A stretch of DNA of 64,000 nucleotides from Macrostomum lignano (GCA_002269645.1 NIVC01002517.1:101413-165412), one strand, 5' to 3'; shown: positions 35,113 to 46,799, counted from the stretch's first letter. The notes: generated from the sequence alone by a model not told the origin. Program-made: numbers and translations.

Positions 35113-38100
35113 AGTTTACAGCGACCCTAACTTTATTTATCGTTAGGCATGTACACTTCCCTGTGCCTTGGGGCTTGGCCCTCAATGGCGTTAATTGCAC
35201 AAGCAGAGCTAAGCCGAGATTCCAATTCAGCCCCAAACTAATGTCACTGCACTTGGAATCGAGCCTGGGCCACTGGCACATCAGAGCGCCGCGCCAGACC
35301 ACTGGGCTACGCCCCCACCAACTCAGTCATTCTCTCATACAAGCCGTAAGATATCAATGAAGCCTCCCTATCTTTTGACGATTTTTTTTAATAGCGCGGA
35401 CGAAAAATTTGACGCCACTTATCCGACCAACGTGGTGATCGACAACACGGGCTTCATGACCTACATACCGCCCGGCATGTTCAAGTCCACCTGCAAGATC
35501 GACATCACTTGGTTCCCATTCGATATGCAGGAGTGTCTGATGAAGTTCGGCTCGTGGACTTACGACGGCGGGACAGTTGATCTGCGTTTCAAGTGCGCCA
35601 ACGAGAGTCTCAAGTCTGTGCAGGACCGGCTGAACGATCCGCGACGTTGCACCGAGAGAGGCAGCGGCGACACGTCCAACTATGTGAAGAGCGGGGAGTG
35701 GAACCTGGAAGGTGCGTCTCTTGCATGGAAGTTCTAGAAGCTCGTTTGAGTGGTCTAGATGGACTTTTAATGACGTCCGCTAGCGAAATTATTTCATTCA
35801 GATTGAATCTACGACTTGGGGTTATCGGTGATAGTGGGCAAAGCAACTCACGTCAGCGGTAATGTCCTGACACTCGCCAAACACCCTATATTCAGGGTCT
35901 AGTGTACAGAAATTTTTCCCCAAGCTTGTCCGTTGTCTTTCACGTCCGTGAGGGCCAGATCAAAAAACAGATGCCTGCTCGCTGGATAGATTATCGCATT
36001 GATTAAGAGACTCCCTTTTAAACTAACAAACGAAGGTTTTTAATTCCATCAGGTCTGTTAAAATGACAACTAACCGAATTTGATGCTGATGCGCCCGTCA
36101 ACTCGCGACAATTTCACTCGCCATCAACTCCATGCAGGCCTGTGGGGCGTTCGAACCGGCAAACTCTACGATTGCTGCCCGCATCCGTTTGTTGACCTGA
36201 AATTTTACATGCGCATACGCAGGCGCCAGCTTTACTTTTTGTTCAACATGCTGGGCCCGGTGGCATTTCTGTCCACTTTAGCAATACTCTGCTTTCTAAT
36301 TCCGCCAGACGATGGCGAGAAAGTCTGCTTCGGTGTGTTGATAGAGCTGTCAATGAGTTGTGGGCGTCACAAATGACAACTGTACACAGGGCTTTGATGT
36401 CCTGACTTTGTGTCAGATGTTTTGCAAACAAGAGCGCGCAAACGGCCTAAATACGCTCGTATATTTTGCACTACTTTGCTGAAACGTGCGCAAAATTTAT
36501 TTCTCACGATCTACAAACGTATAGTCCGCCTTATCTGCGCGTTATCCTTACACATCAAAAGCTCTATTAGCCCTTTTACAGAACATAAGCTATATCTCAA
36601 ATTAAAATCTCTCCGACCCTAGATTGACCAACACCCTCCGACCCTAGATTGACCAACACCCCTCCGACCCTAGATTGACCAACACCCCTCCGACCCTAGA
36701 TTGACTAACACCCCTCCGACCCTAGATTGACCAACATCCCTCCGACCCTAGATTGACCAACACCCCTCCGACCCTAGATTGACCAACACCCCTCCGACCC
36801 TAGATTGACCAACACCCCTCCGACCCTAGATTGACCAACACCCCTCCGACCCTAGATTGACCAACACCCCTCCGACCCTAGATTGACCAACACCCCTCCG
36901 ACCCTAGATTGACCAACACCCCTCCGACCCTAGATTGACCAACACCCCTTCGACCATAGATTGACCAACACCCCTCCGACCCTTAGATTGACCAACACCT
37001 CCATCGACCTTAGACTGGCCAGCACCTCCTTCAAACCTCGACTGACCGACGCACTCACTCCATTCATTCTCCATTGAACAAAAAGCCAATGGACAAAGAC
37101 AGGTAAAATGATTCTCGATCCCCACGGCCCTTTAGTACCCCAAATATACTCGCCTTCCAACGCAGGCATGCCGGGTCAGAGAACCGCTTTACTGTACGAC
37201 TGCTGCCCGTTTCCCTTCATCGACCTGAAGTACCGCATCAAGATTCGTCGGCGGACCTTATACTACGGCTTCAACCTTATCATACCGTGCGTGCTTATCT
37301 CCACTATGACACTGCTCACCTTCCTCCTGCCGCCGGACGCAGGGGAGAAAATCTCTCTCGGTACGTACGCTCGTACGCGACAATTGGCATGTCTTTGCTC
37401 TGCAATGCTTATCAAAGTTTTGTCAAATGTAGATCCAATGTAGGAAAATCATGGATAACAGATTGTTGTCATTTTAGACACGTTTCCGACCGTGTAATTA
37501 GATCCTCACTATATATTTTAAAGCATCAGATTCATTGCATTGTACAGGCGTGACAATACTATTGTCACTTATCATGTTTCTGCTACTAGTAGCAGACGCG
37601 ATGCCGCAGACCTCGGAGTCTCTGCCGCTGATTGGTAAACTTCTAGAGCAGTCCATGTTATCACTGTCAAATTAAATCTTGAACGATGTACAGGCTTAGT
37701 TATCTTCTGTTTTGTGTTATCGTTGTGCTTCATGTTGTCAATATCGACTGTCTGAATTTAAGCTTTCGAACGTTCTACTAATCCAATGTGCCATGCATGT
37801 TGCATGACTCACTGCTCTACTAACTCTATTTATAGGAGTCACTATCCTGCTGTCGCTCACCGTCTTCCTCATGACGGTTGGAGAGGCCATGCCCGCCACC
37901 TCGGACTCGGTGCCAGTCATCGGTAGGTGAACTCAGCAGGCGTCTTGCAACTCCTTCTTAAGCAAATTAGGAAACAATTGAGAGTTAAGAAGATTACTCT
38001 GTATCTATGCAGAGCTGAGACCAGAATCCAGGAGGGACTGAGACCAGAATCCAGGAGGGACTGAGACCAGAATCCAGGAGGGACTGAGACCAGAATCCAG

Positions 38101-41038
38101 GAGGGACTGAGACCAGAATCCATGAGGGACTGAGACCAGAATCCAGCAGGGACTGAGACCAGAATCCATGAGGGACTGAGACCAGAATCCATGAGGGACT
38201 GAGACCAGAATCCATGACGGACTGAGACCAGAATCCATGACGGACTGAGACCAGAATCCATGACGGACTGAGACCAGAATCCATGAGGGACTGAGACCAG
38301 AATCCATGAGGGACTGAGACCAGAATCCTTGAGGGACTGAGACCAGAATCCATGAGGGACTGAGACCAGAATCCAGCAGGGACTGAGACCAGAATCCATG
38401 AGGGACTGAGACCAGAATCCATGAGGGACTGAGACCAGAATCCATGAGGCACTGAGACCAGAATCCATGATGGACTGAGACCAGAATCCATGAGGGACTG
38501 AGACCAGAATCCATGAGAGACTGAGACCAGAATCCATGAGGGACTGAGACCAGAATCCTTGAGGGACTGAGACCAGAATCCATGAGGGACTGAGACCAGA
38601 ATCCAGGAGGGACTGAGACCAGAATCCATGAGGGACTGAGACCAGAATCCATGAGGGACTGAGACCAGAATCCATGAGGCACTGAGACCAGAATCCATGA
38701 TGGACTGAGACCAGAATCCATGACGGACTGAGACCAGAATCCATGAGGGACTGAGACCAGAATCCATGAGGGACTGAGACCAGAATCCATGAGGGACTGA
38801 GACCAAAATCCATGAGGGACTGAGACCAGAATCCATGAGAGACTGAGACCAGAATCCATGAGGGACTGAGACCAGAATCCATGAGGGACTGAGACCAGAA
38901 TCCAGGAGGGACTGAGACCAGAATCCATGAGGGACTGAGACCAGAATCCATGAGGGACTGAGACCAGAATCCATGATGACTTTGACCAGACCCACGAAGT
39001 CCGGGTTCAGATTCCAGTAACCTGTATTTTGTCCATCGGTTACTAATGCCACATTTTCTGTTTCTGATTCCAATGAAACTAGAACAAATTCTGATATTAC
39101 TTAACTAATTTACATGCACTTGCAAAATTAGTATTAACATATGACTAACTTACCCCAACGCTACCCCAAGGCTGATAGACAGTTGATACAAACCGAGCCA
39201 ATTAAAACTTTGCGCTGTGGCATTTCAGGCATGTACTTTGCCTGCACAATGATCATGTGCAGTCTGTCGGTGGTATTCACGGTGATTGTGCTCAACTATC
39301 ATCACAGGAATGCGGAGTCTCATCCCATACCTAACTGGGTGAGTGAGATCACTATGCTTGCGTCATTTGCAGTGTAGTGAGCTGAAGTCAATGGCTCTGA
39401 CAATGCTGCTGAGTGTATATTCGAACTAGATTTGTCAGTACAGTGGAACAGGTCACGTTTTCTTTGCCCGGATCAACCCTAGCTACTCAAACTCAAGCGG
39501 TTAACCTAAAATGCTATTTGATACATTTAACTAGATTTGAGGCGACAAATTATCAGATAAAAATTACAGCTGCAGGAGGGCCGTGGGGCACCCCGGCGCG
39601 ACCGCCCTCGGTGACATCGTCTCACAACCAGCGCTGACGGCAATTCTGCCCGTTCCGCTGGCTCCTGAGCACAATTTACGAGCTACACGGTTTAGCGCTG
39701 AGTTGCTGATCTGCTCTGCTTAGCGAAAGTCAGTGAGAGACTCACTTTAGCCAGCCGGGTTGGCCTGTCGGTGCATGTGTCCCGTCGCATTCATAGCCGG
39801 TCTCGAGCCCTAAATTGAGACAATAATCAGCCAATCCACTCAATAATGCAGGTTCGCAAGTTCATCTGCGTCTACCTGGCCAGCATTCTGTGCATGCGGC
39901 ACCACGGGCGGACGGAGCACTCCGAGCCAATCAGAGTGCGACGCCGGCTGAGCGACTGGCAGCGCAGGGCCAGCCAACTGCAGCGCCGCTCCGGCGGCCT
40001 GGAACTGCGGGAGCGCTGCTCGAAATCTTTGCTGGCGAATGTGCTGGACATTGAAGACAATTTCCGAACATCCGTGCACCGGCAGCAGCGACCATCAATA
40101 AGGTAGCTCTTTTCGATGATGTACATACAACGTTATAGTAATAAATAACTAATGTACAAGCGTAGAAGGCCGCTCAGGTGCTTTCTAAATGGATTTAGCA
40201 AAGATGTTTTACAAAATCTGTCTATAAAAATCAAGGACCACCAGGAACACTTCGTTATTATAAGGACGTAACACTCGATTCGTGTAAAAATAGTTGAAGG
40301 CCGATTTTCGTTCTCGTATGTAAATTAGTGAGATAGACGAATTGCATGATTTTCAACATAATGTACTGAGTGCAGAAGCCTAGTAGTCCTTGATAAAAAT
40401 TACAACGAAGAGACAGGACTGACGGTAGTTTTGCCAGAATAATAATATCAGATTGATTTTTCTGAAATTAACCAGCTTTAACTGGATAAAACAGTGATTT
40501 TTTTACAAAATCGACTTTGAGCCTAAGTTCATTCCTCACCAAATTATACGGACTGAGAGTTCAAGGCTGGAAGGCATCAGAGTTTGGCACCAGCACATAG
40601 CACAGAGTCAGAACTGGACGTCATTGCAGATCGTATCCGACTGGACTGACGGCGTCCTTTGATGAGACGCACGGCTGGGGCCAAGAGCGCCCGCTGCCGC
40701 ACCAGCAGCTGCCGACTGACTCGCCGACCTCCTACAGTGCTTGCCAACCCGGCCGGCGCGCCCGCGACGCCTCAACCGACTGGGGATCGCAACTGGACCA
40801 GCCGGATCCGAAACAACCCGACGACTGCAACAGCCAGGCCGAGCTGGAGGCCATCATTCAGGAGCTTCGCTTTGTCACCAGGAAGATCGCGAACGACGTG
40901 GCCGACGGAGAAGTCAGCAGCGAGTGGAAATTCGCAGCTAGAGTGATTGACCGGCTCTGTCTGATCCTGTTCTCCGGCTTCACTCTGATTGCAACCTGTG
41001 CCATTCTGTTCTCTGCTCCGGACGTGTTCAAAGGCTGA
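30390..41038 (+). CDS. CHRNA7: Nicotinic acetylcholine receptor alpha subunit, alpha7-like (583 aa per isoform)
   Basis: Exons: 30390-30465 (signal peptide), 34361-34512, 34592-34636, 34703-34812, 35395-35711, [36138-36332 or 37166-37360], [37548-37634 or 37836-37922], 39229-39338, 39852-40102, 40630-41038. All are GT-AG and phase-consistent, summing to 1752 nt. Motifs: Cys-loop [20 protein letters not shown], vicinal YDCC, GEK, TM2 [10 protein letters not shown]3 [10 protein letters not shown]4 [17 protein letters not shown]. The 45/110/195/87/110-bp exon sizes match vertebrate alpha7 exons. The symbol means alpha7-like, not proven orthology. Confidence 0.92.
30505..30965. repeat. 21-bp minisatellite (~22 copies), nAChR intron 1
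   Basis: Unit cacaccctgcaccctctgtcc. Confidence 0.95.
31143..31290. repeat. 7-bp repeat (ATAAATC)n, nAChR intron 1
   Basis: About 20 imperfect copies. Confidence 0.9.
31615..33595. repeat. 20/22-bp minisatellite, ~2 kb, nAChR intron 1
   Basis: Unit ctgattgcaaaatcgtgact with 22-bp variants (atcgtgtgagt, atctcgtgagt). Confidence 0.95.
34135..34325. repeat. 31-bp tandem array (~6 copies) abutting the nAChR exon 2 acceptor
   Basis: Unit aacctgccgctatccctctcagaactccagt, period 31 (34141/34172/34203). Confidence 0.9.
36138..36332 (+). CDS. nAChR alternative exon 7a (loop C + TM1), divergent duplicate
   Basis: Boundaries catgcag|GC and TTCG|gtgtgt; 195 bp, phase 1-1. Translates [66 protein letters not shown]. 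Confidence 0.8.
36610..37040. repeat. 26-bp minisatellite between exons 7a and 7b
   Basis: Unit ccgaccctagattgaccaacacccct, about 16 copies, degenerating at the 3' end. Confidence 0.95.
37166..37360 (+). CDS. nAChR alternative exon 7b (loop C + TM1), canonical-like
   Basis: Boundaries aacgcag|GC and CTCG|gtacgt; 195 bp, phase 1-1. Translates [66 protein letters not shown]. Confidence 0.9.
37548..37634 (+). CDS. nAChR alternative exon 8a (TM2)
   Basis: Boundaries tgtacag|GC and ATTG|gtaaac; 87 bp. Translates [30 protein letters not shown]. Confidence 0.85.
37836..37922 (+). CDS. nAChR alternative exon 8b (TM2)
   Basis: Boundaries ttatag|GA and ATCG|gtaggt; 87 bp, with a TACTAAC branch point at 37818-37824. 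Translates [30 protein letters not shown]. Confidence 0.88.
38015..38975. repeat. 23-bp minisatellite (~42 copies) downstream of exon 8b
   Basis: Unit gagaccagaatccatgagggact, period 23 (38017/38040). Confidence 0.95.
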
Positions 41039-41367
41039 CGGAAGATATTTGGTCAGCAATTCAGTTAGCCATTGAAGAAATCGCTAGTTACTTTAGGTAG
41101 CAATATCAGCACATTTGCGTCTTTCAAATTTACTATACACACATATTAGACTCAGCTACCGTACGTCTAGTGTTCGGTCACATTTCACTGTAGTTACATA
41201 AAATTTTGTATTTGAAAGAGTTACAAGTGTATAGTAGTACATGCTATTATCAAACTATTCGCATCTAATTCATATGTGATCTATGCATTGCTTGATACTC
41301 TTTTACAAAACTCCATTCCTTATTTTCAGCTGCACTGCTCTCCAATGATGATGTACCTTAGGTACTT

Positions 41368-41407
41368 GGGGGTTGTAGCCTAGTGCTTTAGAGCATCGGA
41401 CTCACTT
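41368..41407 (+). mobile_element. SINE 5' head fragment (same family as 46493-46799)
   Basis: ggggttgtagcctagtgctttagagcatcggactcac matches the head ggggttgcagcctagtggtcagagcgtcggacttac of the minus-strand SINE. Confidence 0.5.
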
Positions 41408-41804
41408 GTGAACGGGAGTGAGTAAACAGAACGAAGCAAAAAGAGCAAATGAATTTCACTAAATAAACGGAACTAAACGTTCTCGTTTACCCTTCACTCA
41501 CCTAGTAGCCAGCTAAACCTAAAAAACCTGAATATTTGGTTGTTTATTTTCACGCACGTCACACCAACAGAAAGTCGTGCTGGCTTTCCGCGAGACCGCG
41601 CGTGGGGGAAAGTTTGGCAAAAAATGACAAACCGAAAAAATTTCAGTTGAGAGTGGACAAGTTTAGAGGAAAAAAATTGTCGGAGGCAGACAGTGAACAC
41701 TAAAGCTATTTTCTATGAATGAAATAAACTCTTAAACCTGGCAGAAATATGAACAAAGTAAATGCTTAAAGACTGAGAAAAATGTCACTAGCACGGCACC
41801 GCGG

Positions 41805-43577
41805 TCAGTAGGCCGAGTTGGCCGGACTGCTATTGACGGCGTCAAACGCATCAAACAGCTGCTGCTGCTGCTGCTGCTGCAGCCCCGCGCGGCCCGCCGG
41901 CTTTCCACCCTGAAGTCGGACGTCGCCCATGTCGCCGGGCGCGAACTGCTGCTGCTGCCTGCCAGCGCTGCTGGAGTACATGTGCTTCACCAGCTCGCGC
42001 TCGAAGCTGTTCAAGTCTTCGGAGCGCTCCTCGTCTTCGTGGTCGGCGGTTTCCGTCTTTTCGTTGCCGGCGTAGGGAGATCGAGACGACAGCAGCTGCT
42101 GGCGGTGCTGCTGAAACTGCTGATGCTGCTGCAGTTGCTGCTGTTGAAGCATCTGCTGCATCAGCTGAGGCGGCATCTCCTGGCCCGGCATGCCGGACTC
42201 GTCAAAGTCGGTCATGATGTCGGAGCTGCCGGCAGGAGGCTGGGCGGCCGCCTGCTTCATCCGCGGCATGCCGCTGCTGCTGGCCTGGATGTAGCTGTTG
42301 AGCGAGGGCGGCTTGCTGAACCGGCTGCCGTTCTGCCGCACCCGCAGGAGGGCGCAGTCGTCGCCAACGCTGCGCAGCTCGGAGGCGGGCACGCGCCCAG
42401 CTCCTGTCAGATTGATGGTGCTGTCCTGCTCTTTCTCGTTGATGATGCTGATGTGAGTCTTGATGGCCAGCAGAGAGTCAGTTGGTAGGGCGACATTCTC
42501 CGGCAGGCAGCTGAAGATCTTCTGCAGATGCTCCACAGGCAGTCGCAGAAACGTTTTTCGCCACTTGGTGGCTGTGAGGGCTCGGCGAATGATGTCGGCC
42601 AGGGAGTTCATCGGGCCGTTTTTCACCTTGCAGTGCATGCGGTAGTACAGGCCCATCAGCAGTGCGATGGCGCAGTCCTGGTCCATGATCATGGGGTCCA
42701 GGCTCTGGATGCGGGCAACAAACCCGGCCTTGGTGTCGGGCGTCGGCTGCAGCTCAAGGAAGCAGCGGTTTTTGAACAGCGTCTCCAGCGCGCTGATCAA
42801 GTTGTGCGACTTGCGACACTCTGGGTCCTCGTAGTACGCCACGCGGGCGATGCGGCGGAACAGGCTGATCTTCTGGCCGAACCCGTCATCGTCCAGCACC
42901 TGCGGCTGCCAAATCTCCGGCCGAATGGTGATGAGGCTCTCGAGCAGGCTGCTGATATTGATGTTGAGCCGCGTCTTCATAGTCTCGGTGCCGTAGTGGA
43001 GAGTGTCGCGATATTTGAACACCTTTTGGCTGGCCTTGCTCTCATAGTGCAGCTCGAATGGCCGGCTGATGTCCAACGTCAGCGCCTGTCCGTCCTTCAT
43101 GAACGGCGGCGCCACGCTGCTCAGGGAGCTGATGGCCTCGTAAAACTCCCGCCTGATGGCGACGCACACGGGCAGGATCTCGACAATGTCGCCGCCGGCA
43201 ACGCCTCGGCTGAATACGTCTGTGGCGAAGCTCTTCTGGTGCCCATGGTTGACTCCACTGCGCAGGATGATCTCCACCGACTTCTCCTCCTTGAGGTAGA
43301 TGGCCAGACTCAGCGGGTTGAGGTACAGCACGGCGTTGCGGTGAAACATGGACTGAGAGTCGCGCGAGTCGTTCCCGATGAGGTCTGGCTGGTCGGCGAT
43401 CTGGAAGATCTGCTGGAACAGCTCGGGCCTCTCCCTCACCATGGTGGTGAGACGGTGGTGCGACCTGCCACGGATCATGTTGATCATCCATTTCGTGTAC
43501 GGGTGATGGCTGCGTAGGAACGGTGGTATGTTCAGGTGCGAATTGGGGAACTGCGGCGGCAGCGGGCAGCTGGTCAT
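41805..43577 (-). CDS. Uncharacterised 590-aa single-exon protein, possible ankyrin-like repeats, Gln-rich C-terminus
   Basis: Long ATG-to-TGA ORF with host-like codon usage. LNPLSLAIYLKEEKSVEIILRSGVNH and ILPVCVAIRREFYEAISSL resemble degenerate ankyrin repeats (tentative). Confidence 0.75.
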   Translation of the reverse strand: MTSCPLPPQFPNSHLNIPPFLRSHHPYTKWMINMIRGRSHHRLTTMVRERPELFQQIFQIADQPDLIGNDSRDSQSMFHRNAVLYLNPLSLAIYLKEEKSVEIILRSGVNHGHQKSFATDVFSRGVAGGDIVEILPVCVAIRREFYEAISSLSSVAPPFMKDGQALTLDISRPFELHYESKASQKVFKYRDTLHYGTETMKTRLNINISSLLESLITIRPEIWQPQVLDDDGFGQKISLFRRIARVAYYEDPECRKSHNLISALETLFKNRCFLELQPTPDTKAGFVARIQSLDPMIMDQDCAIALLMGLYYRMHCKVKNGPMNSLADIIRRALTATKWRKTFLRLPVEHLQKIFSCLPENVALPTDSLLAIKTHISIINEKEQDSTINLTGAGRVPASELRSVGDDCALLRVRQNGSRFSKPPSLNSYIQASSSGMPRMKQAAAQPPAGSSDIMTDFDESGMPGQEMPPQLMQQMLQQQQLQQHQQFQQHRQQLLSSRSPYAGNEKTETADHEDEERSEDLNSFERELVKHMYSSSAGRQQQQFAPGDMGDVRLQGGKPAGRAGLQQQQQQQLFDAFDAVNSSPANSAY

Positions 43578-46492
43578 CGTTACTGATCGGCGGAATGCAA
43601 CTTGGCAGTACTGCGGTATGCAACCTGCTAATTGAAATTATTTTAATTATAAATAAAAGATCAAAATTATATGCTGCATTGTTTAAACAGCTGCAGACCA
43701 TAGATGCAGAAACCGGGTACAGTGCAGCAGCCTCGTGTGCTACGCTTGGGCAATGCGTTTAAGCCATAGAATTAAGCTCATTTACATTTATATATGTTCT
43801 GCTAGTATAAATAGCGACGACTCGTTCATAAAAAGGATCTGTGCCGCCGATCATACTTGCTGTAAAATTGAGAAGTTGAAATATTAGCCTTTAAATCCAT
43901 ATTCTTCTTGCCGAAATGCAATGAGATTTAAACACATGTCGATAATGTACATGTACATGTATACATTTAATCATTCTAAATTTGTATATACTCTCAATTA
44001 CGGCTGCTCAATGATATATTATATACCTAAACTGCTCTCGTGTCTGGAGGCACTCTAATTCAAAGGAAAACTTTGCTTATCTGTAGAAGTGTCTGAAAAT
44101 ATTTACCTTCAGATGCAAAATAATTACACAGGGCTTACTACTATATATACGGTTTGCGAGTAAACAAAAATACTAAGAAAAGCACATTGCAATTCCTTCG
44201 TTCATTTTAAAAATACACTTAATTGGATTCGGAATATTACACATTGACAAATTATGTTATGACAGTGTACCTTTTTTTATATTTAGCGAATGGGTAGGCC
44301 TATTACATTACATATAAATATAGGCATAGTCAATCAATCGGATAGATGTTCACTTTGATTTCATTTAATACTAATATATCTAACAAGTTTGCAAGTCATC
44401 TTTTCTTCAATTCTTGATTATTTCTTCATTGCTTATAAGTAACTTTTGTAGCATCATTTCTTCCTTCGATTTAGCCAGCAGTCAGCATACTCTAGTAGTA
44501 GTAGTCTAGTTAGTAATGTAGGCCTTCTTTTGCTTTTTGTATATTGTTTATTGCCACTTAGCTAAAGCTAATTTTTGATGCTACTATACCTCTTGCTTCT
44601 TTTCACTAGGGGGCCTACTATACTATTTTATAAACATACTTTCCTCTTCTAAACTTATTTAAATTTTTGTCTACTAGTTAGTTATTTTACTTTGAGCTTT
44701 GAAGCCATGGGCAATGCAATGGCAATCAATTTTATCTCAATTGCAATCATTTAACCTAGGCCCCTTTGGCTAAGTTAGGCCTAGCCTAGCCTAGCCTTAA
44801 GCTATGTATTTATTATTAGCAAGGAGGCAAGAGCTAAGTAATCTTAGATTGCTTGTTCTATTATTTTGTTTAATTTACAATCTGTATTGACATGTGAAAT
44901 ATAGCAATAGTAGGCCTAAGCTTCATGTTCTAAAGGGACCTAACTTTAATAGAATTAGGGCCTAGGATAAGCAGCAGTAGGTTAGCTAGGTTCTACTAAA
45001 AGTTCTTAGGCCTAGTTGTTCTCCATAGTCCGGATCATGCTGGGTGCACACTCAAACAAAAATTGAATAATAATAAATGCACACCAAAAAATGTAGTGCA
45101 TGCGGATTCTCAAAAATACTCCAGTCTAAGAACAATAAATGACCTTTTTTATGTTGTGACAATAAAAGACCTCTCATAAATTGCATAATAGACCCTTATT
45201 ACCAGATAATTTGGTTGCTTTTTATGCTTTTTTGGTGATACTATTTACAGTAGAAAATTTATACACACAAAGATTTGTTTAAATGCTCTTCTATAAGCTT
45301 GAGAAACTGGAAAGCTAGAAATTTATGCTTAAAAATGAACTTTTTTCATCTTTTTTCTACTTCACAATAACTCTTATAAATGATTCTATAAAGTGCATGC
45401 CAGGTGTGCACGCATACTATTTTCTTAGGAGTAATGCACACCAACTGTGCACGCCTAATTTTGGCATACAAGGCCAATGCACGCCCAATTTTTTGGGCAT
45501 ATACTATATGATCAGGAGTGTGGGTTGTTCTAAATTATAATCAATTTAGTAATAAGACATTTTGGTAACAGTCATTTCAATTACAAAAAAGTCATTTTGA
45601 TACTTTTCCCTATTCCTTATTCCCTATTCCCTAGGATACTAATCCCTATTAAAAGCAAAGTATCTAATAAATGTTTGTAAGTAGAAAAACATTTTTGGAA
45701 GTCAGAACTATGCTTCTTGTGACCACTTGGGAACAACTTTTAATGTGACCTTGATGCAGCCTATGTACCTTTGAAGAGTGACCCCTTGTTGCATTTTTGC
45801 TAGACACTTAACATGTATCCATAAATTTTCAAAATTTATTCCAATAGAGATACTAGTTAGCATCAGTAAAAAATGCAAAATCAAAATGCTTACAAATAAT
45901 ATGAATATTATATAATAAGCTTAAAAAATTGCATTCTATTATTTACCAAAAATTATGTAACAACAAAATAATTTCTAACATTTTTATCAAATTTGTCCAA
46001 GTCTATCATGATTCTAGATTAGGCTTTCTTCAGAGTTTTAAATAAAAGTATTTATATATCAAATAATATATGATGTTCTGACAAACATTGCATGGGGCCA
46101 TAGCCTAGTGGTCTAATGCAACCCTTGTATGTGCTAGCAACCCAGAATCAATTCAAAGTGAAATTACATTTGTGTCTGCAATTAATGTCCTTGAGGGCTA
46201 ACCCCCAATGCAATAGGGCTGCTGTACACTTATATACACTTGTATACTTGTGTTCCTGCTCAGGAAAGTCAGCAGAATGAGCAGTTCCAGGTTCTAGTTT
46301 TTGCTGGGATCCCATCCTACCTTTAACCATGATGGATATTCTCAATGGCACTTGGCTAATGTACATTTGTGACTGCACTAATACCAAGCTATTTAAGTCT
46401 GCGAGTCACTCTAACTGGCTTCCTTTGCATAAAATAGGTTAATGCATTATTCATTGCTTCTGAAATGCAAGTAGACAAGTAAACATTATTGT

Positions 46493-46799
46493 ATAATAAT
46501 AATAATAATACTTGATTACACCTGCCTTAATGGCCAGATGTGCAACCAACAGCTCAGCCGCAGCCATTGCGCAGTGCATCTGAAGGCTGCGTATGGCTGT
46601 TCAGTCTAAAAACGGAGGGGTTGCCACACACCCTCAATAACCCCAGCTAATGCTGGCACCCATTCTACAGCTGGGTGAACTGAAGCAATGCAGAGTTAAG
46701 TGTCTTGCTCAATACACAACTTGTTCCTAGTGGGATCGGGAATTGAACCCCCGACCTTCAGTCGTAAGTCCGACGCTCTGACCACTAGGCTGCAACCCC
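46493..46799 (-). mobile_element. Full-length tRNA-derived SINE (~300 bp)
   Basis: On the minus strand: A-box tagcctagtggtcagagc, B-box ggttcaattcc, a central ttgagcaagacacttaactc...cacccagctgtagaatgggtgcc segment resembling conserved SINE central domains, and a (TTA)n tail. A second diverged copy lies at 59755-60090. Confidence 0.75.

Noticed and set aside
36333-37165. Docking/selector stem for exons 7a/7b
   Set aside because: Only 5-6-bp complementarities (gcgtc/gacgc, ctttgt/acaaag) were found by eye, which is no better than chance.
41982-43701. Antisense and alternate-frame ORFs over the 590-aa gene and over other GC-rich exons
   Set aside because: These are typical shadow ORFs of GC-rich coding sequence.
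44290-45020. Recurrent AGGCCT/CCTAG palindromic words in AT-rich DNA
   Set aside because: There is no periodicity or terminal structure, so it is probably a decayed repeat or compositional bias.
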